A stretch of DNA of 64,000 bases from the human T2T-CHM13v2.0 reference genome, Homo sapiens: the NCBI RefSeq assembly GCF_009914755.1, contig NC_060926.1; one strand, given 5' to 3'. Below, one piece after another: positions 15,092 to 29,510 of this stretch (within the stretch, counting starts at the first letter, position 1; the number at the start of each line of letters is the position of its first letter). Under the pieces are notes generated by a model. The model saw nothing but the letters and a program-made list of their open reading frames with translations. It was not told the origin of the DNA and made no database searches. The position numbers were made by a program, and so were the translations under genes.

Positions 15092-15892
15092 CTAGTATAT
15101 CAACTAAATGTAGGAGTAAAACCAATTATTAGAATTGTGGTTAACAACTAAATACTAATATTATAAAAGTTGACCTTGACATAGGAATACCAGTAACCAA
15201 AAATCCAGAGGAAAAGTTGAGGAGAGTTGATAAGATTGGTGAGATTGGTGGCATCCTTCTAAAGCAGAGTAAATTATAGATATGGCTTAAAATTGAAGCA
15301 CATTGTTTAAAAAAAACATAATGACTCCAACTTTTACCAAAAGTTTCATAGCATCTTTTTGAAACCATAGTTGAGAATATTAATTTTAATTTTTTTCAAC
15401 TTTACTTCTATATTTTAACTGCAAGTAAAATTAACTTTATTATCAAAATAGCATGTACTTTATAAATTCCTTTATATAAATATTTATATTTGTTTGTTTA
15501 TTCTCATCCATCTGCATATAAATCCATCAATCTATTTGTATATTCAGAAAATAACACCCAACTATTTCAATAATAAAAATGTATGGATGGTGAGAATTAA
15601 GTTTAAAAAAATACTTCCCCTTTGGGGTTTTTTTCAAAATAGACTATTTTTTAGAGCAGTTTTAGGTTCACAGCAAAATTAAGAGGACAATTCAGAGAAT
15701 TCCTGTATGTATACTCTCCGACCTCATACTCAGGTAGTCTCTACAGATATCAATATCCCACATCAGAGTGATTCCTTTGTTAAAACTGACAAACTTACAT
15801 TAACATCATCATCACCCAGCCTCCATAGTTTGTATTAAGGCTCACTCTTAGAGTTGTACATCTTATGAGTTTTGACATAATGTATAATGACA

Positions 15893-16388
<496 letters not shown>

Positions 16389-18689
16389 GCATGTGTCTAT
16401 CATTATAGTTTCATACATAGGACAGCTTTACTGTCCTAAAAATTCTATTTATTCTACTTACTCCCTGGCCACTGAAAATCACTAATCGTTTTACTGTCTC
16501 GATAATATTGCCTTTTCCAGAATGTCATATAATTGGAAATATACAGTATCTAGCCTTTTCAGATTGGCTTTTTTCACTTAGTAATATACACTTAAGTTTC
16601 CTCCATGCCTTTTTCATGGCTCTGAATAATATTCCATTGTCTGGATGTACCAGTTTTTGTTTGTTTGTTTGCTTTGGGTTTTTTTAAAAAAGTATTCATC
16701 TACTAAAGGACATTTGGCTGCTTCCAAGTTTTAGCAATTATAAATAAAGCTGCTATAAACAACTATATACATTTTTGTGTCAACATAAGTTTTCAGCTTC
16801 TTTAGATAAATACCAAGGAGCAAGATTACTGGATCACATGGTATGACTATGCTGGATTTTATAAGAAATTGCTCAGTTGTCCTCCAAAGTGGTTGTACAA
16901 TTTTGCATTCTCACTGGCAATGAATGAGAGTTCCTGTTGCTCCATATTCCTGTCAGCATTTGGTGGTGGCAGTGTTCTGGATTTTAGCCATTTGAATAGG
17001 TAGGTAGTGGTATCTTTGTTGTTTTAATTTACAATTCTCTAATGACAATATCATCTTGAGCATCTCTTTGTATGCTCCTTTTGCTTTTCAATTCCTAAAA
17101 ATTCTGTTAAAGCAGTTTTCAATTTTATGAAATCAATTGAGAAACATTAACTTTAAAGGAAAAAAAAAAAACCTTGAAGCAAATATGCCAAGATTTAACA
17201 GTGGTTAATTCAGAATATGAAATATGAACTATAAATTATCCCACTTTCTCTTTCATGTTTTGAAAATTCAACAAAGTAAGAAAAATGTGTGAGATAATTT
17301 AAATCTACTCAGCCAGGCACAGATGAGAAGATATCTAGGCATGAGATTACCTGTCCATTTTTACCCTGGATTTTTCAGCTTTGTCTCCACCCTGGAGCAT
17401 ATCTTGTCAGAGCTTACAAGGGCTAAGGAGACCCTTTGACATGGCATTTCGACACCACTCATACCCAGCAAGAGATGTGAGACTGGTATCCCTCTGGGCC
17501 TGGAGGAACTTGGCTTCTTCATTTTATTCAAACCTTAGCAAAGCTGCATTGAAAAAACTGCTTCTTTTATTTTGAAACTTGCTATACTTCCCTTTTCTCT
17601 TTCCATCACCAATCTTGCTCTTTTTGTAACATTTCTCAATAGCATGAAAAATGCTAATTTTTGGAGTTGAGTCCTTAACAAGTAACTTTCTCATGTTAAG
17701 TCTGTTAAGTGCAATGCAGAAGAGCCTGTTTTCCTGCCTAAACAGCTGAGGCTGCAGAGGGGTGTCAGTTCTGACACATTTCCAATTTATCTGCATTAAT
17801 AGTTTATGAGAAGGCTGGGGTAGGGGTTAGAGAAACTCTGCTTTAAGTCTTAAACACTTGAGAGGCAAAAAGCAAAGAAGAGAAGAGAGAGAGGGGAAAC
17901 ATGCACCCAAAATGGCAGTTGGTTAATGTTGGCTGCTGATAAAGGGAGCTTACCAAGAAGGTGGCTATCCTTTGATTCACTGGGTCTTGGTGGGGTGTGA
18001 GGGGACATCTCCTTCCTGTTATTTTGCTAGTTTACCCTAAGATGACATAGCTAGTGGCCCAGTGCTTGTTCACTGGCATTCAAGCAGCTTTCTGTTTGAT
18101 AATTCTGTTTTATATGCTAAGCTGAAGAAATCACCTCAGCAAGATAGAACAACCATCAGGATTAAAAGGCCCTGGCCCCAGCACTATCAACAGCCTTGCA
18201 GTGTTTGTTGCATGAATGAGTGCTAAACCCCCCAATTAAATGCCTCATTAGAAGGCCTACCTAATCCTAGATCTTCACAGAATCACATAGCATCTGTCTT
18301 CTTAGCTCAGCTATGGGAGCGGTGGCAACAGGAGGGAGCTTGATCCTCACAGTGGAGTAGAAATGTTTTCCCAAGAAAGGAGAACATTGGGAATTATATA
18401 TTCAATTTGAAGGCTGCATGGGGCCTAAAAAATTAGATTTCCTCAGAAATGCTAAGGAACCAGGCAGATTTGAATCTGCCAGAAAGGCAATTCTTTTTTC
18501 TTATTTTTTAACATACCCAAGGACAGAAATAGTGTGAATTTCTGTGTTAAATAACCAAAGAAGTACTATTTTTAAATTTTAGAGATTCACCAAAAATGAT
18601 GGTAATTTGAAACACAAAATGCAATAATAGGAGAGTGTATAGACCGTAGAGTTCATAAGCCGCAACTTACATCTGAGTGGCTTTCACTG

Positions 18690-18840
18690 CCTTGTTTAAC
18701 CTCTTGGAGTCTCACTTTCCTCATTTGCAAAATGAGAACATCTAGCCTGGAGGATTTTTGTAAGAATTAGAGAGAGTGAGTGTAAAAAACTTGGTACAGT
18801 GGGCAGCACACCTTAGGCACATTATAATGATGATTTAAGT
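18690..18840 (+). mobile_element. MIR
   Basis: tttaacctcttggagtctcactttcctcatttgcaaaatgag MIR core. Confidence 0.75.
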
Positions 18841-20159
18841 GCTGTTTATAGATTTTTTTTTCCCCCAGATCAACACTAAGGATTAGCCATTGTTGGAAAA
18901 AAGAGATGCAATTTTAGCCATGTACATCAATGGGTTTAGGAATATATAAAAACCATAAGTAATTAAGAAGATATGTGTTACAGATATTGGTCCAAATTTT
19001 AATATTATCTTAATAAAGGATAAGCATTGTAACAGAAATGAAAAGACAAACAAACAACCACAAAAAAAGGGAGACTGCAAGAGGAGAATTGAAACTGCTC
19101 CTTAAATGAGTCAACTTCAGCCCACAGAGAGGGCATAAGAACAAGACTGAGGAGCAATTTTGTGGCCATTACTTCATAATCACTTTGTCATTCTGAAGCA
19201 GTGCTAATGGTATTTAGAAATTTCCTATAGCACCACAGTTCTTCTCTCATATCCCGTTCTCCCATAGCTATGGCAAATTTTGGAAGTATTATAGAGAGTT
19301 TTAGGTGCCAGGAAATCATTGCCCAGACACAACGGTAACTGCCTTTAACACCAGTGCTCTCTGCTTGGTGCACTGGGTAACATTTCCCCAACACAGGCAA
19401 AGAAATCCATGTTGGAGCCGGATCAGAGATTGCACATATGGGACAAAAGCTCGAAATATCTCATTACTCTCTAATTGTCATTGGAGTCCAAAGTCTTCCT
19501 GAGAGTGGCTCTGCTTCACTCACCAGAACTCTGTATTATGATATGCCTCTGGAATTAACAATTAGAATAAAAAATTTAAGATGGAATAGTTTTAGAATAA
19601 CTGCTCATGAAGAATGTTTACTGTCTCCACTTAATGTGGCATTTGTTTGTCCCCTGCAGACATCATATTCCAAGGGAAGAACATTTATTATTTATTTCAT
19701 TTTTAAAAATTTATGATTTTTTTTCTCAAAGGATATATCCCAAACTCCAAACTCCTAATAGTTTATACAGCAGGATGGTGAAAAATACACATGGAAGAAT
19801 TTTCCTTGTCACTTTCTTGCATTTATGGGTGTGAATTTTAATGTTCACTTATTTATTTAGTTAGAAATAAAATAAGTTAAAACACATATGCCCCAAAACT
19901 CGTAGTTTTGCTCAGCCATTCTACAGAGATGCTGATAATTTATAGCATTCTAATCATAAAGGCTGACTGGCTTAGTTAGGTCCTCAACATTAGTCATAGA
20001 GGTCTTTAAAAAGAATAAATGATTTAATTTATTTAAAACTCAATGACCATTTTTTAGTGCCAACTCTTTGCCAACTAGTGGAGATGCAGAGGTAAATCAG
20101 ATTGGTCCATACTTTCCAGAAGGATACTCTTTATTGATAATAATAATTTCATAAAGAAT

Positions 20160-20340
20160 AATTATGATGATGCTACCAGTTGTTGATTCTTACCCCAGGC
20201 CTGGCACTGTGCTGAGCCCTTCATTCACCTTCACTTATAGAAACTTTTCATTAACAAGATGACAAAGATAACTATTAGTATGTCAATTTTACAGAAGAAA
20301 AAAAAATGCAGGCATAGACGGGTTAAACAAATCTGCCAAT
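20160..20340 (-). mobile_element. MIR
   Basis: ccaggcctggcactgtgctgagc...attttacagaaga...ggttaa. Confidence 0.65.
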
Positions 20341-20351
20341 ATGTTTTAAAA

Positions 20352-20575
20352 TGTAGGTTTCTTTTATTATTCAGGTATGGTGAGGCCAGTGGATCAGGAG
20401 AAGACTGCCATAGAAAAGATAGTTGTTACTCATAGTTCCCAAGAGGAGGGAGAACAACCCACCACCGAGGTCCACATGAGGAAGCACCAGGGCCAATGAG
20501 AAGGCAGAGGAAGCAGGAGGAAAATGTGGGTAAGAGCTTTTGTTTTGGCTTTCATGGGAAGAAATGGGCAGTGCA
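20352..20575 (-). mobile_element. ERVL LTR fragment (MER74/MER73-like)
   Basis: ggtgaggccagtggatcaggagaagactgccatagaaaagatagttgttactcatagttcccaagaggaggg. Confidence 0.65.
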
Positions 20576-20940
20576 CCCACAGGCTGAACATGAGGATTTT
20601 ACTTGTTAAAGACTCAGCGCCAACAATCACCCTACTACTGTTGTAGCTATTAAGAAATGTTACAAAAAGAGCAAGACTGGCTCTTTCAGGGTTCACAGTG
20701 AAATGCTTTAGTATTCCTTCATCCTGTGCATTCTCTGTTGAATTTGCTCCATGTGGAGGCCTCCAATTAGCATAATACAGGATGCTATTTTCCATTCATA
20801 TCTATGAACAAAGGCAGAACCTGGTTCTTCAGATTTAAATTTTGCTGCCTCTGCTGACTAGACTTTTTAGCCCTACATAAATTACAAACCTCACTGAGCT
20901 TTAGTCTTCTTACTTACAAAGAGGAAGTATGTAATTATGC

Positions 20941-21455
20941 TGTTGACCTAAAGGAAGAAACTGAAGCAAACTTAATATGAGTAAAGAGTTTATTGGGCTA
21001 AGGTTGAGGACTAAAGCACAAGAATCATAGATTCAAGTTGCCCTGAACATATGCTCCCATTAGCAGCAGTTATGAGTGGGTTTTTAAAGGAAAAAATAAG
21101 AAGTTTAGGGGCAGTTCCTAAGTTGTTTCCCAAGAATTTATATTCGTTCATTAAAATAACATAAGCTATCTACTGGCTATACATTGATCTTTGTGTCACA
21201 AATTCCACAAACATGAAGATAATGGGCAGGGGTCATGTTGTGCACCTTGTGGTAACACTTAGGTAATTTATCACCTAGTCTGAAACTTCCAAGAAGGAAA
21301 GGAAAACCAAAATGCCTTTAAACAACTACTTCTCCACCCCCACCCAAGCATGGGTGCAGGAACCATGAATGAAGTCCCATGCTTGTGTCACTCTGGGCCT
21401 GATAAATTTTACAAATCTCACATTCCTCAGACTGCCCTGAGCCCTTTTCTTTCTA
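20941..21455 (-). mobile_element. ERV1 solo LTR (MER65-like) inserted in a MIR
   Basis: tgttgacctaaaggaagaaactga ... ctctgggcctgataaattt ... ctcagactgccctgagc, with MIR halves on both sides. Confidence 0.75.
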
Positions 21456-21623
21456 GATGTTTACTCTGAAAGTTCTTTTAGAGATTAGAACAGGTTTTTG
21501 CATAGGTTGGAGAGCATAGTAAGTGCTCAGTAAGCACTATATATTTTAAAATTATTCAGGAAAGTTCCCTGTCTGTGAGATTCTTGCTAGAAGACAAACA
21601 TTAGCAGATAGTTACTAACTACT

Positions 21624-22820
21624 TTTTTTTTACATTTTGTTTTTATAGATTCAGGAGATGCATGTGCAGCTTTGTTATGTGGACATATTGCATAATGATG
21701 AAGTTTAGGCTTCTAGTGTGTGCCCATCACCTGAATACCTAATGCTGTATGCAGTAGGTAATTTTTCAACCCTCACCCCTTTCCCACCCTCTCCTCTTTA
21801 GAAGTCCCCAGTGTCTGGTATTTCCCTCTGTGTGTCCACATGTACCCATTGTTTAGCTTCCACTTATAAGTGAGAATATACGGTATTCGATTTTCTGTTT
21901 CTGAGTTATTTCACTTAGGATAATGGCAAAGCCCCATCCATGTTGCTGCTAAAAAAATTATTTCATTATTTTTTATGGTTGTGTAATATTCCAGTACATA
22001 TATGTGTGTGTGTGTGTGTGTGTATGTATATATATATATATATATATATGTGTATACCAGTCATTCACATCCATCAGATCCATCCTTAGGTTGGCTCCAT
22101 GACTTTGCTATTGTGAGTGGTGCTGTGCTATGATAAACATATGAATACAGGTGTCTTTTTGATAAATTAATTTCTTTTTCTTTGAGCAGATACCCAGTAG
22201 TGGGATTACTGGGTCAAACGGTAGTTCTATTTTTAGTTCTTTGAGAAATCTCCATACCATTTTTCATAGAAGTTGTACTAATTTACATCCCTACCTAGAG
22301 TGTATAAGTGTTCTCTTTTCTCTGCATCCTCACTAACATCTGTTTTTTTAAAACCTTTTAATAATAGCCATTCTGACTGGTGTGGGATGGTATCTCATTG
22401 CAATTTTAATTTGCATTTCTTTTATGATTAGTGATTTTGAGCATTTTTTCATATGTTTGTTGGCCGCTTGGATGTCTTCTTTTGAGGTATGTCTGATTCT
22501 GTCCTTTGCCCAGTTTTTAATGGGTTTGTTTGTTTTTTATTCTTGTTGAGTTTTTTGAGTTCCTTGTAGGTTCTGGACATTAGTCTTTTGTCACATGCAT
22601 AGCTTGCAAATATTTTCTCCCATTCTTTACACTGTCTATTTACTCTGTTGATTATTTATTTTGCTATGCAGAAGCTAGTTGGAGTCCCATTTATCTATTT
22701 TTCTTTTTGTTGCATTTGCTTTTGAGGTCTTAGCCATAAATTCTATGCCTGAGCCAATGTTCAGAAGTTTTGTCTAGGTTTTCTTTTAGGCTTTTGATAG
22801 TTTCAGGTCATACATTTAAT
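21624..22820 (-). mobile_element. 5'-truncated L1 (L1PB4-like) containing (TG)n(TA)n at ~21998-22055
   Basis: Reverse 3' UTR and ORF2 end. aactact is repeated at 21617 and 22825 (probable TSD). Confidence 0.9.
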
Positions 22821-23178
22821 TGCGAACTACTATTTAGTGAGGATAATAGTAGTGATGGTTAGACAAAATGTACTTGAATGCTTCTGGGTAAAGAGCATCT
22901 TTTTCTGAATTACACAAAATCATAGAAGCATATCAGTCAGCGTTCTAGAAATTATCTACCATCTAGTAAACAATCCTAAAAGGATTAAATACCTTTAAAA
23001 AATTCTACTTCAATAACTGACTACGTTATGATAAGATTCTTTGTATTCAATTCCTAGTAGAGTGCCCTTTCCTTTGTCCACATTGTCAGGGTTGGTTTTG
23101 TATGTACATAAAATGGCATCAAAATATTAGAGTATTATATGAAGTATGAAATATATAATTTCTCCTCTATAATTCCCT

Positions 23179-23792
23179 GTGTAGGGCCCAAGGGATTAAC
23201 TTCTCCTTCTAAAGTTTCACTGAAAAATCAAATTGCAAAAGGCAGGTTGATTAGAGAAAAGGCATATACATTTATTTAACATGTATACGTGGGAGGCTTT
23301 AGAATGAAGACCCCAAAATACAGGGGAAATGGTTCATTGTTATGCTTATGTTCAACAAAGTATAGACAGTGATGTAAAAATGTGATTGGAAAAAAGGGGT
23401 ATGTGCTGATGCTAATAGACTGATTGGGAAACCCAGCAAGGCCAGTCTGTCTAGACTCTTCTTGACCTCATTGTGTCTGCATCCTTTCCTTCCGGGTTTG
23501 TGGCAGGTCCCTCTCTGGAAGTGGGGTTTTATAACTTACAGTCAAACAAAGTTGATCAGATAACTTGTGACTAGTTTTCACATGGCATATTTTTCTGTTT
23601 TATGGCTGCGTTTCAAACAAAAGCATTCTACTTCCTGTGACCTGCCTCGGGGAAGAAGGATTATAGTTTCTATGGTTAGCCTTAGGGGAGAATGAGACAG
23701 AGACAGGAGAGCAAGAGAAAGTTAGAGAAAATTTTTATTTCTAAGGTGTTTCTGAGGCCTTCATTTTGGGGTATTGTTTTTGAGTCCTACTT
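23179..23792 (-). mobile_element. ERV1 solo LTR (MER39/LTR29/LTR49 group)
   Basis: Minus strand starts ..GGACTCAAAAACAATACCCCAAAATGAAGGCCTCAGAA. Confidence 0.7.
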
Positions 23793-24176
23793 GTCAGTTG
23801 GGGCTGGGAATTCCAAACATTAGAATCATTCCACTGGGTTGAAAGAGTGCCTCCTCACAGTCCTTGCTAAAATGCTCACAAATAATCTGAGTGCTAGCAC
23901 CATGCATAAAACCTATCAGTCACAAAGTTAACACAGCAGGTGGAGTCCTCAACCGGGGGACTGTGATTTGTTGGATTCTTTTCTTTTCATTGTAACCTCG
24001 CCCTCCCATTGATAATTGGTTGCCTAACCAATTCATCTGGGTAGGTAGCCTGAACAGTTGAGGAAGTCACAATAGCATTTACATTTACCAAAAAGGCGAC
24101 AGGACTGACGTGTTAGGTTGGGAACTGTGGGGCATCAGGAGTGATGAATACCAGACACCATATGGGTTTTATTTCA

Positions 24177-24557
<381 letters not shown>

Positions 24558-25016
24558 TCAAAATGAATGGAAAATAAAAGAAGGCACATCAGAGAGGAGA
24601 GGTATGGCTGAAAATCCAGGACACAGCTATGGGGTTTGATAAGGGCATCTCACTTCCTTCCACCTGAGCTGTTAGCCAGAAAGTGTCACCCAAGATTCAC
24701 CACATAATGAGAGCTGCAGTGTCCATTTCAGACTGGGGGAATTCTGCTGGGATTTTTTAGGTGCTGAACAGGAAAGGAAGTCCTACATCAGGCACCTCAG
24801 CAGAGTGCCTGGCGGGGTCAGAGGGAAGATAAGAACACAGTTTCCGACAGTTTTGCCAGATTACCTGAGAGCATATTTAGGCTTGAAGTGATTATTTTCC
24901 TGAAAGGAAGCTTAGAGGTCTAGATGAGTAGCGAATGTGTCAATGAATAAGGTTTCAAACACTTTTAAAGTAAAGATTTTCTGACCCCACTTTTATATTT
25001 ATTTTGCAGCCCAGGG

Positions 25017-25250
25017 AGGCAATATGATGCAGTGGGTAATGGGATGGATTTTGAAACTGAATAGATTTGTGTTAAAAACCCCAGCTCTGCCAGTGAGTAT
25101 GTTCCATAATGAGTATTGGAACCACAGTCTCCTAATCTGTAAAATGTGGGGATAAGACCTACCTCACATAATTATTGCAGATTTTAAATAAGCTTATATA
25201 AGTATTTAGCATAAAGCCTACATAATTAAAAGTGATAAATAAGTATTGTT
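25017..25250 (+). mobile_element. MIR
   Basis: cagtctcctaatctgtaaaatgtggggataagacctacctcacata. Confidence 0.75.
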
Positions 25251-26430
25251 GTTATGGTTAGGATTATTTTCTTACTGGTCATGCCAATTTGTTTATGTTG
25301 GATCATTCTGGAAACATGGAGAGACTAAACAGAATGACCCATTAACTAAATTCAATTCTTTATTTCATTACTATGTCTCACTATTTTGTATGGATAGACT
25401 GCTTGTGCTGGTTTCACCTAGACCAAGTGTCCATAAGTGATACAGGCTAATCCATCCTAATGAGCTAATAAATCAGTTTAAGCAGGCATTCTGCTGGTGC
25501 TTCCCTCATCTACTTTATCAATTCTTTGTACTTTGTCTTCAGAGGGAAGTTTGTAAGCACAGTGAGAAGATTCGTAATTAAAATAGAAGGTTCATTTAAC
25601 CCTAATATGCTAATTTGTCTCTGTGAGGAGATAAAAAACATTATGGATACACTATCAGGACATAAAATACAACCAGCTGCATTTTTTTTTTCCTGAAATG
25701 ATAACAAAGAAGATAACATTGGAGCAGTAACACTAAGTCTGAAATTGGCGTTAGCTGTACGTACCTAACACAAATGAAACAAGATTTCTCTTCTCTTTAG
25801 ATCCTCTCTGTTAGGTTTTTTAACTTCCTGCTCATCCATGGAGCCCATGTTTTCAGTTCTTCTTGTCACTAGGATCTGTCTGGCTCCAGGCACTCGCAAG
25901 CTTCTTTTGTATTTCTTTATTGGTAAGCTGTGTGTGATGAAAGTTAATTTCTGTGTAGCCTCCTTGTGTCACTTCCTGGATCTTCTTTCCACCACCTTGG
26001 AATATTCCTCTCCATTAGTCAGATTAGCCATCACACGGGGACCATGAAAAAGGTGTGAGTTACAGAATATTGGCTAATTTGAATTCTTAGAATAATGTGA
26101 AACTACAAATATTTGCTGAGTCTACTGAAGTTTATGTTGATGAGTCAGGAAGTCATTTCAATGGTTGCAGTTGAGCATTACTGTGTTTAAAGTAAAGATT
26201 AGTTTCTTAGTTTCAAGCGTACATATGGGACCTTTTACTTCAAGGGATCTAGGGCAAGAAAGATAGGTGTAGATTAAATGGGGACTTTATCGTAAGCCAT
26301 GAATTTATGTTAAGATATGTAATATGTGTATGATTTAGGGCTTGTTATAAAATGTCTCCAAGCTATGACATTCTCATGTGAAAAATGTTAATAGGGTCTT
26401 TGTAGTACACTTCTGCTGTTTTTGCTTATT

Positions 26431-26644
26431 TAGAGTTGCCAAATTTGGCGAAGAAAAATAGAGGAAACACACTTTAATTTGAATTTAGATCAACAAGGAA
26501 TAATTTTTTTAGTATTGCTCCAAATATTGCATGGGACATATTTATACTAAAAATTATATGACATTTGGTACATAATTATAATGAAAATATTAATTATTGA
26601 TCTGAAATTAAAATTTAAGTGGGTACCTTCTATTCACAACCCTA
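26431..26644. mobile_element. MER53 hAT MITE
   Basis: TIRs tagagttgcc / caacccta, palindromic body, 8-bp TSD tgcttatt / tgcttatc. Confidence 0.85.
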
Positions 26645-27839
26645 TGCTTATCCCATCTCTCCTTTCTCTGATAATCTCTGATCTTTCCCTAGGAAAGCAC
26701 TCCTCTCCTAATGTAAGCCCATGTGCTTCAAGTAGAGTTTCTCCTGCATGGCACTAAGCAGGGTAATAGGATGAAGGTTTGGCCCATTGGGCACCAAACT
26801 CTCTTTGTTTCTGTTTCTTGTTCAAAGTTGGTTATGAGACCAAGGTGGTCTAATTGAACTCAATATTGGGACTCAATGAAGCAACTCTGAAAGATGAATT
26901 TACTGTCTCTGGGACTGATGAGCTGCAGATGTAAGTCGGCAGTTGCTGGATCTGTTTTGCTAACGTGATTTGAGAGACTGCTGGAGAATTCAGCCAGGAT
27001 GGCACAGTGTAGACCTCAGAGTTAAAGAGAGTTAGATTGTGTATTGATGATAAAAACCACCTTTGCAAAGATTATGACAGTGAAATAAATCTAACATGGC
27101 TGATTTCATCTTGCTTCTAGCCTCACAGGCTAACTATCTTCATTCATTCCTGGGCATAGGCCAAGTTAACCATGGAAGAAATTTAGATTATAATTTAACT
27201 TGAAAGCAAAGATGATAATAGTCCCTCCCTAAAACTAACCCCCTCCTTCCTCAGAGACTGAAAACTAACGAAGGCCATGAGATTAGGATTATGAGAAGGG
27301 TCTGAACTCTGAGATTAGGATTATAGAGGCATAGTTTCTATAATCCTTTACTACTTAGGAGTCATGTGGGCAGAGGTCACAAGATTTTTGACTTTTCCAA
27401 TTGCTCCTATAGATAACATCACTGTTATAGAACTTAAGACTGGACTCTTGAGATATTTTTCAGACTTGCACTCTGGCAATGAACTGATCTCACCCAAACA
27501 TGTGACTAATGATTCAAGCTGTCCTGTGCACCCTGACAAAGAGGTGGACTCAGTGCACAAGGACTGTTTTCCACACCCCTATGATTTCATCCACAACCAA
27601 TTAGCAGCTTCCATTCCCTAGTTCCCTGTCCATCAAAGTATCCTTTAAAAACCCTAACCTCTAAGCCTTGGAGGAGACTGAGTTGAGTAATAACTCCAGT
27701 TCTTCCATGGAACTGGAAGTTCTGTGCATGTGGCTTGCCTTGCATTAATTAAGCTCTTTTTTGCTGCAATACCACAGTCTCAGTGAGTTGGTTTTGTCTG
27801 TGCAGCAGACAGGAAGAACCCATCAAGTAGCTACAAATC

Positions 27840-27857
27840 AGGGGGCTCATCCAGGAT
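27840..27857 (+). promoter_or_regulatory. Retroviral primer-binding site, tRNA-Pro
   Basis: Matches TGGGGGCTCGTCCGGGAT with 3 mismatches (two are CpG transitions), just after the 5' LTR. Confidence 0.85.
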
Positions 27858-29098
27858 CTGCCCTCCTGGGTGCCTATCCACAGTTTGTCAGGCCCCGTGT
27901 ATGTGTTTATATATGTAGAGGGATCCCTGAGGGAATTGCTAATAGAAGTCCAGCAGGCCTTAATTTGGAGAACCCTCTTTTTTTGTCTGGTCACATTTGG
28001 TGAGCCCTGAAGGAAGGTCAACAGGTCTAACTCAGGGTGACCATTTGCCCTTCCATCTTACCCAGATACTGACTGTTGAAATTCTGGGTTGGAGGTCATC
28101 CCTTCTGACCTTGAGTAGATCAAAGACAACAGGGGCCAGTGGGTGATGTTTGAGCCTTGCCAGGTTGATACTTGGGTGCTGAGTGGGATGACTACTGTCA
28201 GTGTTTTGTCACATGTGTATCACTCTGGCCAGAATGGGAAATGTTAATTCAATTCCCCCATACAGCCTGTTGGGCTGCATCTTGCAAGATTGAGAGGCTT
28301 TTTCCTATGATTCCATGAAATAGAAAAGGATGATTTCCTTTTGTGTTGCAACTTGGCCCCCAGAAATATGGTGCAGTGAGTGGTTTCATCAAACTCTACT
28401 CTACTCTTCTGGAAGCTACAGAAAAAGGAAGCCCAGAAACTTGGCAATCTGGCAAAAGGGTAAGAATTTCTGACCAGCTTCTGGCTTCTCTGTGTTTGTG
28501 TGCAAACCAGTTGAGTAAATGGTAAAAATTAATGTTTGTCTCCTCTGAAAGGTTTTCATTAATGAGGGAAAGGATTTATGAGACTAATCTAAGGTTGTGG
28601 GGAATCTGGCATACAGCCTACTTTCTGCTATGCATTTATCTTTCTGTGTCATTCTGTCACAAAAAGGAATACCATAGGATAGAAGGTGGCCTAGGACCCC
28701 TATATACCCACCAGTTGAGCTGGCCCTGCAGAATGGTCAGATACATCTTTGCTGCAGGTCCCTGAAGCAAAAACTAGATGAGGTTTCCTTCTTATCTTGT
28801 TTCATGTCCTTGGGAGCTTGACTTTTAACCATGTGGGGATATTCTGCCATCCAGAAGGCAGAAATTTTCAGGTTCATATCAGGCAGCTGGTTTGAAAGAC
28901 TGGGAGTCCAAGAAACATCAGCACATTCTCCATCCTGAATGTATCAGGCACTTAGGTGAATTTTTTATTAAAGGGACCCATTCCTATGGGGATTTTGTTG
29001 TCTTTTGCTACCATAATCCCATTTCTGAGAGGGAATTCTTGGAGATCATAAGGAAGCCTTTTCTACCCACTCTCTAGAAATACTTCTTGCTTGTATGG

Positions 29099-29510
29099 TG
29101 TATTAGTCCATTCTTGCACTGCTATAAAGAAATACTTAAGACTGGATAATTTATAAAGCAAAGAGGTTTCATTGGCTCATGGTTCCACAGGCTGTACAAG
29201 AAATGTGGCAGCATCTGCTTCTGGGGAGGCCTCAGGGAGCTTTTACTTATGGCAGAAGGCAAAGCAGAAGCAGGCATCTTACATGGCAGGATCAGGGCTG
29301 AGAGAGAGACTGGGGAGAGGCTACACAATTTTAAACAACCAGATCTCATTGAGAATTCTATCTCAAGAACAAGACTAGGGGGATGGTGCTAAACCATTCA
29401 TAAGTAACTACCCCCATTATCCAATCACCTCCTATCAGGCCCCACCTCCAGCATTGGGGATTACATTTCAACATGAGATTTGAGTGGAGACACTGATCCA
29501 AACCATACCA
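29099..29510 (-). mobile_element. MSTA solo LTR inside the provirus
   Basis: tgtattagtccattcttgcactgctataaagaaatac ... ccaaaccatacca. TSD tatgg / tatga. Confidence 0.9.

Noticed and set aside
13960-15350. A-rich stretch around the MER57-like LTR, possibly an ancient L1/HAL1
   Set aside because: Composition is suggestive, but I could not match diagnostic motifs, so it is not annotated.
27840-27857. tRNA-Pro-complementary sequence as a possible tRNA gene
   Set aside because: Only 18 nt directly after an LTR, so it is a primer-binding site.
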